Source of the DNA: Clostridia bacterium
GTDB lineage: Bacteria > Bacillota > Clostridia > Christensenellales > Aristaeellaceae
Direction of reading: 5' to 3'
Assembly (NCBI GenBank): GCA_045637485.1
Contig: JAZTZK010000354.1
Location: 1 to 62,667 of the forward strand
DNA: 62,667 nucleotides
Both the position numbers and the translations under genes were made by a program. Below, piece after piece: positions 9,992 to 17,671 of the stretch. Under the pieces are notes generated by a model. The model saw only the letters and a program-made list of their open reading frames with translations. It made no database searches and was not told the origin of the DNA. Each line of letters opens with the position of its first letter. Within the stretch, counting starts at the first letter, position 1.

Positions 9992-12007
9992 TCAGATGCT
10001 CTTTTCGGCGACGACGATGGCGTTAGAATCCGGGAAGGGCACTTCGTTTCCGCGCTCGTCCGTCAGCGATACCAGCGGCGAGAGGTGCTCCACATAGCCC
10101 GTCTCCAGCAGGGATCGTGCCTCAATGATCTTGAACCCAAGCCCTTCAAGTTTCCGCCTGAACTCGTCCAGCTCGTAGTAGCCGAAGCACTCCTGGCACT
10201 CATGGGCGAAGGATTCGCTACCCCAGGTGTAGGTGTACAGAAATTCCCGGCCATAGTTGATGTCCGTCAGCACTTCTTGGCGGGCTTCGTCGATTTCGGA
10301 GACCTTTTCATCGTCGCTCAGCCCGTCCATGCCGTGAAAGTCCTTCAGGAACTGCCTGAAGAACGTCATGCCCTCCGCCGTCTTGAAGCGGATGCGGAGT
10401 CTGCCTCTGCCGGGGGTTTTGACGCCGTCGCGGATGATGATCCGCCCGCCGGGCTTCAGGGATTCGGCGGCGTTGCGAAGGGCCGTTTCCAGCGACCGCA
10501 TGTCAAAGCGTCCCCGGCCCAGGTCGGTGTAGGAGTAAATTTCGTGCAGTATGGAAGAAAAGATGATGTTGTCCACCCTGCGGGGGAAAGGGGCATCCAC
10601 GAAATTGTGGACCTCGGCCGTCCAGCGCCGATCCATGGCGGCCTTCCTGCGCCGGAGAACCTCGATGACGTTCTGGGAAATGTCCGTGCCGATGACCTCC
10701 AGCGCCGGGTACCGCGCCTCCAGCGCGTCCAGCAGCACGCCGCCGCCGGAACCCACGTCCAGCGCACTGTCTCCGGTCACAAAATCCAGTATGGACAGCT
10801 TCGTGCTGTCCTCGGCGCTGTTCATCGTGGACAGGTATTTCTCCTCGTTGTTCAGCCGGTCGAAGGCGTCCCGGCGGAAGCCGAAGGTGTCGTAGAGCAT
10901 GGTGATGCTCTTTTCATAGGTCAAAAGCCCGGACCGCTCTGCTTCCACGCAGAAGTCAATCAGCCTGGCGCACACCGGCGTGAACCGGATACCGACCCGC
11001 AGGCATTCTCCGGACGGCTCGACGCTGAGCGCTACGTGCTGCCCGTAGCCATCGGGATCCTCCAGCCAGCGCTCGACGATGCGTTGCTTGTAGGTGTTCA
11101 CATGCTTTTTTCCGTCGTAATCGTAGTACATCGCGTCGGCCAGCGGCTTGAAATTGAGGTACCTGATGCCGCCGTCCCCGGCTGCCTTCGCCGCCAGAGC
11201 GGTTAGCCGAGCCGCGCCGCGCAGGCCGAAGGGCGACAGCGCCGACTCGAAATACCACAGGTCGAAGCGGGGGAATACCGATTCCATGAGGGTCTGCACC
11301 GTCTCGGCGATGACGGCTTCGGAGGCGGCGGAAACCAGTCCGGGCAACAGCTGTTCGATGCGTGTCCGGGCCGGCAGCTCGGCAAACGCGCCGTCGTACA
11401 GCGCCCGCGAGAAGGCGTGAATCTCATCCTTCACCCTCTGCCATATACCCTCGCCCACGGCCCGGATGATGCAGGCGTTCAGCACATCCAGCATCCGGCA
11501 GAAGCGTTGCCGGGGCATACGACTGGCCAGCGCGTGCAGCGGCGCCGAATCGGCCATGGCGCACTCACCCCGGATGTACTTCCCAGCCAGCCCGTGGGTC
11601 AGTATCATCAGATACACCGGGTCGCTGTCCCTGTCCCGGACGTGGACGTGATCGGCATAGATGAACGCGGAGGCCTGATTGTGAATGTCCAGCGGATAGC
11701 CGCGCCGAAGCCAGCGTGCGCGATCCTCCGCCGTGCCGCCCTTGGCGACCTCCGACCAGCACAGCGCCGTGCGAATCATCGCGTAAAGCCTGTCGTCCAG
11801 CTCGTCGTATTCGTCCAGCAGATCCAGCGTGCGCAGCGTGTAATCCAGCGCGGCGTTTTCCGCCTTCTCGGCCATGCTGCCGATGCGCTCAGCGTTCCAG
11901 TAGGGCTGATCTGCGCCCACCAAATAGCGAAGCCAGGGATTTTCCATCAGCGCCTCGGGTCTGGCCTGCCCGTTTTTCTCAAAATAGCTTTTGCGGTTGT
12001 CGATCAT
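9992..12007 (-). CDS. class I SAM-dependent methyltransferase fused to a ~400-aa uncharacterised N-terminal domain
   Basis: The C-terminal half has motif I LDVGSGGGVLLDAL, then EVIGTDIS and PGGRIIIRDG. The N-terminal region is rich in His and Asp (IHNQASAFIYADHVHVRDRDSD, LTHGLAGKYIRGE). GAGGAGGTGG RBS. Confidence 0.8.
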   Translation of the reverse strand: MIDNRKSYFEKNGQARPEALMENPWLRYLVGADQPYWNAERIGSMAEKAENAALDYTLRTLDLLDEYDELDDRLYAMIRTALCWSEVAKGGTAEDRARWLRRGYPLDIHNQASAFIYADHVHVRDRDSDPVYLMILTHGLAGKYIRGECAMADSAPLHALASRMPRQRFCRMLDVLNACIIRAVGEGIWQRVKDEIHAFSRALYDGAFAELPARTRIEQLLPGLVSAASEAVIAETVQTLMESVFPRFDLWYFESALSPFGLRGAARLTALAAKAAGDGGIRYLNFKPLADAMYYDYDGKKHVNTYKQRIVERWLEDPDGYGQHVALSVEPSGECLRVGIRFTPVCARLIDFCVEAERSGLLTYEKSITMLYDTFGFRRDAFDRLNNEEKYLSTMNSAEDSTKLSILDFVTGDSALDVGSGGGVLLDALEARYPALEVIGTDISQNVIEVLRRRKAAMDRRWTAEVHNFVDAPFPRRVDNIIFSSILHEIYSYTDLGRGRFDMRSLETALRNAAESLKPGGRIIIRDGVKTPGRGRLRIRFKTAEGMTFFRQFLKDFHGMDGLSDDEKVSEIDEARQEVLTDINYGREFLYTYTWGSESFAHECQECFGYYELDEFRRKLEGLGFKIIEARSLLETGYVEHLSPLVSLTDERGNEVPFPDSNAIVVAEKSI

Positions 12008-12059
12008 ATTGCTTCCACCTCCTCGGGTGACTTTTTCGATGCTTCCGCCTCCGGCAATA

Positions 12060-12476
12060 TTATTTCAGTGCCTCCTCCTTTTTCCCGTCAAACTCCGAAC
12101 GGAGCTCCATTAAGATTTTCCCAAGGAGATTCTGGCCAGGCCATTCAGAAGGATTGGTTTCAGCAGCCGCGACAGCAGGCAAACCGATTCCCCATATGGT
12201 ATCTTTGGGACTGGCTTCCGCAAGAATGGCATCCCCGGTAGCCATGAGTTTAGCCTTCAGGTCCGGATTCTGCTCATATTTGGCCCTGTTGGCCGTTTTT
12301 ACAACGTCATATTTCACCGCATTTCATGCATCGAAATCGAACGGTTGCACCTGCTTTCCGAGTTCCTTACACTCCCAGGGCTGCGTTGACCGCAGGCTCG
12401 CAGTATAGCGTTCGGAATCGTGGAACAGCTTTGCCTTCTGCGCCATCATATACTGCTCCACATATAGCCTAAGGCG
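12060..12476 (-). pseudogene. NADAR (YbiA/DUF1768) family gene, 5'-truncated and carrying an in-frame TGA
   Basis: ..VEQYMMAQKAKLF....PWECKELGKQVQPFDFDA-TGA-NAVKYDVVKTANRAKYEQNPDLKAKLMATGDAILAEASPKDTIWGIG. The TGA is at 12324-12326. The N-terminal third of the domain is missing. Confidence 0.7.
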
Positions 12477-12686
12477 TCACCGACGGCTCGGATGACCTCC
12501 TTAAGGTCGGCCAGCTCCTCCATGGATTTGCTCTCCTGATACTCCGCCAGCTCCTTGTTCAGCTTTTCGTCCATCTTGGCGAGGTATTCTTTATCCGAGA
12601 GGGCGGAACAGACACACCTTTTACCGCTCCTCGATGATCTCCGATATATGGTCGCGGACCAGCTTGTGATACTTCTTGCCGGACAT
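12446..12686 (-). pseudogene. MazG-like (all-alpha NTP pyrophosphohydrolase, YpjD/phosphoribosyl-ATP-PPase-like) gene, frameshifted and 3'-truncated
   Basis: MSGKKYHKLVRDHISEIIEER stops, then a frame shifted by one nucleotide continues GKRCVCSALSDKEYLAKMDEKLNKELAEYQESKSMEELADLKEVIRAVGDALGY. It runs directly into NADAR-coding sequence. Confidence 0.6.
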
Positions 12687-12719
12687 AAGCCTTATCGCCA
12701 TCCTGCCATGTTGTCACGT

Positions 12720-13253
12720 TTATTTACCCAATCTGTAGCTTCGTATGAACGGCTTCACGTCCGCCCCAGCCTTTAGATACCTCAGCAATATCTCCGCACA
12801 TGCATGGCTGTCGCTGTCAGCCTGATGGTGGTTCAGGCAGATGCCGTAGTAATCACACATGGCGTCCAGGCCGTGGCTCCGTCCCGGCAGGAGACGCCTT
12901 CCCATCTGGACAGTGCATATGTAAGATGCCGTTGGCAGCCAGTCGATCCCATAGGCCTGCAGACACTTCTTCAGCACAGACATATCGAAGGGGGCGTTAT
13001 GGGCAACCAGTATGCCGCTGCTCATCACGGGTTCTATTTGCTCCCACAGCTCCGCGAAGGTGGGCGCGTCCGCCACAGCAGCTTCGTCTATCCCGGTCAG
13101 CTGTGTATTGAACCAGTCAAAGCCCACCTCCGGGTTGACCAGAGAAGAAAAGCTGTGAACAATCCCGCCGTCCTCAATCACCGTAATGCCAATCGCGCTG
13201 ATGCGGTCATTATACCGGTTCGGTGTCTCAACATCAAATGCTATGTAACGCAT
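12720..13253 (-). CDS. DEDDh-type 3'-5' exonuclease (DnaQ/epsilon-like domain protein)
   Basis: ExoI IAFDVETPN, ExoII LVAHNAPFDMSVL and ExoIII HHQADSDSHACAE. I chose the ATG at 13253 (GGAG RBS) over the upstream TTG. Confidence 0.8.
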   Translation of the reverse strand: MRYIAFDVETPNRYNDRISAIGITVIEDGGIVHSFSSLVNPEVGFDWFNTQLTGIDEAAVADAPTFAELWEQIEPVMSSGILVAHNAPFDMSVLKKCLQAYGIDWLPTASYICTVQMGRRLLPGRSHGLDAMCDYYGICLNHHQADSDSHACAEILLRYLKAGADVKPFIRSYRLGK

Positions 13254-14193
13254 GCTCCGTTTCCTCAATCAGGCCCTCGATCCATTCCCTGCGCTGCAAT
13301 GCCTCGATCCACTCTTCGGGGACGACCCGATAGTACAAACCGGCCAGTCCTCCGGCGATCGCCCCTACGGTATCCGTATCGTCCCCCAGGTTTACCGCTT
13401 TCAGCAGTGCGTCCTCAAAGTCATCGCTTGTCGCCAGCGACCAGACTGCCGCCTCAAGCGTGTCTACCACGTAGCCAGTGCTGCGTATCGAGTCCTCCCC
13501 CAGCCCGGCTAAGCGCTCCAAATCCCTGAGACGGTCATAGTTTGCCAGTTCTTCACAGTTCGCCAGCTGAGCTTCATAGAAGGCAAAGCCCGCTTCCAGT
13601 CCATTCTGCAAACGGTCCAACAGCGAACCGTCACGGGATACGATGGCCGACGCCATGAAGTAGTACAGGCCACAGGCGATATTGGCTCTTATATGCGCAT
13701 GGGTGAGTCCCCCAACCTTGTGGATGATGTCGATAGACCCATCCGTCCGGAGTCCCCGATCAATGCAATACAACACCGCCGGCATGATTCTCATAAGGCC
13801 GCCATTGCCATTGTTATTCTCGGCAGAGCTCCCTGCTTCGTGCGGCTTGTGATCACGCTTGTATTTCCGAATCGCGTTCATCGTCCCACGCCCGATGTCG
13901 TAGGCATAGCCATAGGGTGTGAATGCGCCATCATCCAGCCACTTCACGAAGTTATCCATGATGTCGGTGCAGTCAATCCCGCCGATACGTTTTATGCTCT
14001 CCAGCAGCGCAAGCGTCAGCGAAGAATCATCCGTCCAGGAACCCGCGGGCAGGTTGAAGGTGCCATAGCCACGCATTCCTGTAATGGGATGTCTTGCAAC
14101 TTCGATTCGGGATTCAAACTGCACAGGGCATCCGAGGGCGTCGCCAACCACGACGCCCATTATTCCGTTTTTCCAAATGCTCATCTTCATCAC
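13234..14193 (-). CDS. ADP-ribosylglycohydrolase (ARH/DraG) family protein
   Basis: GVVVGDALGCPVQFE at the N-terminus, WTDDSSLTLAL, NGGLMRI and LGDDTDTVGAIAGGLAG are the metal-binding ARH signatures. It overlaps the exonuclease start by 20 nt. Confidence 0.85.
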   Translation of the reverse strand: MMKMSIWKNGIMGVVVGDALGCPVQFESRIEVARHPITGMRGYGTFNLPAGSWTDDSSLTLALLESIKRIGGIDCTDIMDNFVKWLDDGAFTPYGYAYDIGRGTMNAIRKYKRDHKPHEAGSSAENNNGNGGLMRIMPAVLYCIDRGLRTDGSIDIIHKVGGLTHAHIRANIACGLYYFMASAIVSRDGSLLDRLQNGLEAGFAFYEAQLANCEELANYDRLRDLERLAGLGEDSIRSTGYVVDTLEAAVWSLATSDDFEDALLKAVNLGDDTDTVGAIAGGLAGLYYRVVPEEWIEALQRREWIEGLIEETEHALHSI

Positions 14194-14230
14194 CTCGTAG
14201 TCAAGGATACCACAGTATTCTGCATTACAG

Positions 14231-14253
14231 GTCGCTTGGGAAGCGACTTTTTT
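14231..14253 (+). terminator. orphan intrinsic-terminator-like hairpin (plus-strand sense)
   Basis: GTCGCTT-GGG-AAGCGAC followed by TTTTTT. No credible plus-strand gene ends here. Confidence 0.3.
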
Positions 14254-14284
14254 GTATCAAACGTCCGCTCATCTTCTGGCAGAA

Positions 14285-14452
14285 TCAGCATCTCTCTTGC
14301 CTTACATAGTGCCCGTTCCGATACATGTCCCCTATCTTATACAGGGAGACAGGATAACCAACGAAGGCGCACATGGCGAGATACTGGTATGCTTCGGGGT
14401 ATTCTTTCCGGTTAAGCTGTATCAAAATGATTCTCGTTTTCTCATTGGACAT
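14285..14452 (-). CDS. small Sel1-like-repeat (SLR) protein or fragment
   Basis: MSNEKTRIILIQLNRKEYPEAYQYLAMCAFVGYPVSLYKIGDMYRNGHYVRQ resembles a single SLR (A..w...AA..G...A...LG.MY..G). GGGAGAG RBS. Confidence 0.35.
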   Translation of the reverse strand: MSNEKTRIILIQLNRKEYPEAYQYLAMCAFVGYPVSLYKIGDMYRNGHYVRQERC

Positions 14453-14783
14453 GAGCTTCTCTCCCTTGCCATTCAGTCCTGATGTATTTACACCTACTTT
14501 GGCGGCGTAGACGCTGCCACGACTGAACAGATACTTTGAAAGATGAATACCGCTTGTACTTTTCAGAGCGCGATTTGATCGTATAGTATTCATTCATGGC
14601 TGCTATGGTTTCTGCACTGGGTTCATCCGTGGAGATGATGAAAGGAATGCCATGAACCTTCACGCATCTCTTTAGAAACATGTTGACTGCTGTGGATAAA
14701 TCCAACCCGAGTTCATCGAAGAGCTGGATGGAAGTCTGTTTGGTATCGCTGTCCAAGCTAAGATTCGTCGGGAACTTTGCCAA
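14442..14783 (-). CDS. RelB/DinJ-family type II antitoxin, 3' end overwritten by a repeat element; no cognate toxin gene
   Basis: AKFPTNLSLDSDTKQTSIQLFDELGLDLSTAVNMFLKRCVKVHGIPF is the DinJ ribbon-helix-helix. It uses a TTG start. The last ~30 codons (VSVQSWQRLRRQSRCKYIRTEWQ..) are encoded by repeat E. Confidence 0.65.
   Translation of the reverse strand: MAKFPTNLSLDSDTKQTSIQLFDELGLDLSTAVNMFLKRCVKVHGIPFIISTDEPSAETIAAMNEYYTIKSRSEKYKRYSSFKVSVQSWQRLRRQSRCKYIRTEWQGREAHVQ
14464..14534. repeat. mini-copy (E) of the GTATCTGTTCAGTC-TIR repeat family, without 24-bp units
   Basis: GACTGAACAGATAC at 14521-14534 is identical to the end at 31635-31648. The interior ..GGCGGCGTAGACGCTGCCAC / CCTGATGTATTTACACCTACTTTGGCGGCG matches the flanks of copies G and F. 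The opposite end is degenerate. Confidence 0.55.
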
Positions 14784-14807
14784 TAAGAATCACTTCCCAA
14801 TGAAGGA

Positions 14808-14851
14808 ATTTTACCATGATCATGCGCAATAGTCAACATAATATGCGCATG
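14808..14851 (-). promoter_or_regulatory. sigma-70-type promoter with palindromic operator upstream of the dinJ-like gene
   Basis: On the minus strand, TTGACT (14831-14836), a 17-nt spacer and TAAAAT (14808-14813). The inverted repeat CATGCGCA (14821-14828) / TGCGCATG (14844-14851) brackets the -35 element. Confidence 0.45.
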
Positions 14852-14865
14852 TGTGGAAGGTCAGG

Positions 14866-16445
14866 GTTACTACTCAGCCCACGAGGTAGGAAAACTTAAG
14901 TTAGTCTATAATAACCAAAAGGAGAATAGCCATTCACGTCGAATAATGAGAGATGAAAGGTGGCGAGACCATGGCGGGAATAAATGTTGAGCATGACATG
15001 TGGAAACACCTCATGGAGGTCATGGATCGCCTGGACAAAGTGGAGACAGAAGCACGGGAGCAACACAGGCGCGATAGCGCACGAATCAAGGAATTGGAAG
15101 CCAAGGTAGTGGAATTAGAGCAGCGCAATGCGGTATTGCAAAACGAGATCGACCGACTGAAGCATAAAGATGATACGGACAGCCACAATTCATCCTTGCC
15201 CCCATCAAGCGATCAGAAACCGGGAAAAGCGGCAAACGAATACAACCGGCGGAAAAAGACAGGCAAACCGAGCGGCGGCCAGAATGGGCATCCGGGTCGG
15301 ACATTGCGCCTCAAGGATTGTGTCGAGAAGTTGAAAGCGGCAGGAATCGAACCGGAGATCGAAGAGATCGGCAATGTGTCCAGGCCATATAAGGAACGAC
15401 TTGTTCTGGATGTCATGTTGAGGCCGAAAGCCATTTTGAAGCGGTTTCATGAGCAGGAGGACGGGAAATATCGGATTCCGGAGGAATACAACAGCGAGGT
15501 TGTATACGGAGCGGACATCAAGGCACTGACGGCGTTACTCTATGGACAGGGCGTTCAGTCGGCTGAAAGAATAGTGGAACTGATCAAGGCACTCTCTGGG
15601 GACATTATAGAAGTATCCCAAGGGACCATTTTTAGTTGGCTTGAAGCGCTGCACCAGAGTGCCGAAGCTGAAAAGAAGAAGATCGAAGAGCAATTGCTCG
15701 ACTTGCCCCAGGTGAGCACAGACGCGACAACAGTGAGTATGAACGGGCATCAGGCCTATATTCGCAATTTCAGCGATCGGCATTGGGTGTTCTATGCGCC
15801 TATGGAGCGAAAGAACATCGAAGCGCTGGCGAAGATTCCGTTCATGAAGAAATTCGCGGGCATCCTGACGCATGACCACGAGACAGCCTTGTACCACTTT
15901 GGAACAGACCACGCAGAATGCAACGTACATCTGATACGCTATCTGACAGCCAACACTGAGAATACTGGCCACAAGTGGAGCAGCAAGATGATCTCCCTTC
16001 TCTGCGAAGCGAACCGGTATCGAAAAAGGATGATGGCCAAACAGCAATACCACAGGGAACTCTGCTGCGCTTGGAATCACGCTTTGACGAGTTGCTCGCC
16101 TTTGCCAGACATGAGCGCAAACAGCATCCGGCCCGTTTCCGATGGGCCACCCAGGAAGAAACCTCACTGTTAAACCGATTGAAGAAATACAAGCAGAATC
16201 ACCTGCTGTTTCTTCACGATTTTCGCGTCCCTTTTGACAATAACATAAGCGAGCGATCTGCGCAAATGTAAGAATCGCCAGAAGATGGCCGGTGGCTTTC
16301 GTACTGCCCACGGCCTTGATATCTTTTGCTCTTTGCTCTCCATTACTGAAACCTGCAAGCCTCAAGCTATCAATTTGCTGGCTGCTTTTCGTTCACTCTT
16401 CTGTCATATCCCCATCTTCTCCTGATTTGTGGGCTGAGTAGTAAC
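14866..16445 (+). mobile_element. IS66-family insertion sequence (single-ORF, ISBst12-like organisation), 1580 bp
   Basis: Perfect 17-bp terminal inverted repeats: GTTACTACTCAGCCCAC at 14866-14882 and its reverse complement at 16429-16445. They enclose an IS66-type transposase gene. Confidence 0.85.
14971..16425 (+). pseudogene. IS66-family transposase with two frameshifts
   Basis: An N-terminal coiled coil, then NSSLPPSSDQKPGK, GHPGRTL and a DDE region (..THDHETALYHFG..HAECNVHLIRYL). The reading frame goes 1 -> 3 near 16040-16056 and 3 -> 1 at ~16251-16257 (..FDNNISER / DLRKCKNRQKMAGGFRT..). Confidence 0.8.
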
Positions 16446-16454
16446 GTTTTACCG

Positions 16455-16713
16455 GTAACAGCTCAGTCCCGTATGGAAAATGACAGAAACCCTTCGTAGG
16501 GACGCCATAATTAGCGTCCGGGGAACCTGTTACAGGGTCAACGGACGCCTATTTCTGGCGTCCCTACGGCTACGTTGATTCATTTGCGAGGATGGGACTG
16601 AACAGATATGGTTTTCAAAGATAATCCCGCCGCAAAATACCTGCGGGGTCGGCGTACACGCCGCCGACCCCGATCAAATGTCCGAACGCATGAAAGGTAC
16701 GCTGTGCAGTAAC
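16455..16713. mobile_element. MITE-like element D (259 bp) with perfect 8-bp target-site duplication
   Basis: Ends are GTAACAGCTCAG ... CTGTGCAGTAAC. TTTTACCG is duplicated at 16447-16454 and 16714-16721. The interior holds long hairpins (GTAGGGACGCC...GGCGTCCCTAC) and an internal GACTGAACAGATAT (16596-16609). Confidence 0.75.
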
Positions 16714-16829
16714 TTTTACCGTAACCATGCCTCATATCAGGCCGCAGGGAGAAGCCATCGAGGGCTTTATTATGTTAAAATAAAAACCAAATTAAATACG
16801 TAAGTATAGACCATCGTTCATAAAAAATA

Positions 16830-16859
16830 TGGACAATATAATTTACGATGTGGTATAAT
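16830..16859 (+). promoter_or_regulatory. sigma-70 promoter with extended -10 for the ABC operon
   Basis: TGGACA (16830-16835), an 18-nt spacer, then TGgTATAAT (-10 at 16854-16859). It sits in an AT-rich tract about 115 nt upstream of the permease ATG. Confidence 0.5.
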
Positions 16860-16972
16860 CAGTCAACACCAGGTGATGATATTGGGCAACGGCCGATAGA
16901 ATCATGGCGCTGAACAGTGGCGACAGCGGGAAAACTGACCGGGAAGAATACGGGGGAGGCTGAATACCGATC

Positions 16973-17650
16973 ATGACACTCTCAGACAAACTCTATACCA
17001 TCCTCATCAAGGGAGGCAGCTGGAAGACCATACTCGGCGGCCTGTGGGTAACGATTCAAATATCGTTTTTCGCCCTGCTGGTCGGCACGGTGCTGGGGGC
17101 GGTGATCTGCCTGCTGCGCACGCGGAACAATCCCGTTCTGCGGGGCGTCGCCTCGGTCTATATCGCCATACTGCGGGGCACGCCGGTGCTGATGCTGCTG
17201 CTCCTGCTGTACTATGGCGTGTTCGCCCGGGCGGGGCTTCAGCCGGTGACGGTGGCGGTGATCACCTTCGCGCTGAACGTGTCCGCCCACGTGGCGGAGC
17301 TGCTGCGCTCGGCGCTGTCCGCCGCGGACAGGGGCCAGGCCGAGGCCGCGCGCACGCTGGGCTTCTCCGCCTGGGATACCTTCCGGCTCATCACGCTGCC
17401 CCAGGTGCTGCGCATCGCCAAGCCCGTGTATCAGTCCACCGTGGTGAACCTGATCCAGTGGACCAGCGTGGTGGGCTATGTGACCATCACCGACCTGACC
17501 CGCGTCATCAACAACACCGCATCCCGCACGATGCAGCCGCTGCTGACCATCGGCATCGGCATGTTGATCTATCTGGCGCTGTCTTATATCATCTTTGGCT
17601 TGTTCGCACTGTCGGACAGGATAAAGAGCAGGGCGCATATGACAACCTGA
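16973..17650 (+). CDS. polar amino-acid ABC transporter permease (HisM/GlnP family)
   Basis: 225 aa with about 5 TM segments. The EAA-loop-like AARTLGFSAWDTFRLITLPQ is present. Confidence 0.85.
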   Translation: MTLSDKLYTILIKGGSWKTILGGLWVTIQISFFALLVGTVLGAVICLLRTRNNPVLRGVASVYIAILRGTPVLMLLLLLYYGVFARAGLQPVTVAVITFALNVSAHVAELLRSALSAADRGQAEAARTLGFSAWDTFRLITLPQVLRIAKPVYQSTVVNLIQWTSVVGYVTITDLTRVINNTASRTMQPLLTIGIGMLIYLALSYIIFGLFALSDRIKSRAHMTT

Positions 17651-17671
17651 CAAAATAAGGAGGAGGATTTT

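Noticed and set aside
9989-11206. A 405-aa plus-strand ORF opposite the methyltransferase, and a 421-aa minus-strand ORF at 1601..2866.
   Set aside because: Same reasoning. They have no motifs, overlap several well-supported genes, and show the typical GC-rich antisense open frames.
16860-16972. The ~110-nt leader of the ABC operon considered as a riboswitch or attenuator.
   Set aside because: I recognise no conserved riboswitch core, no terminator and no leader peptide.
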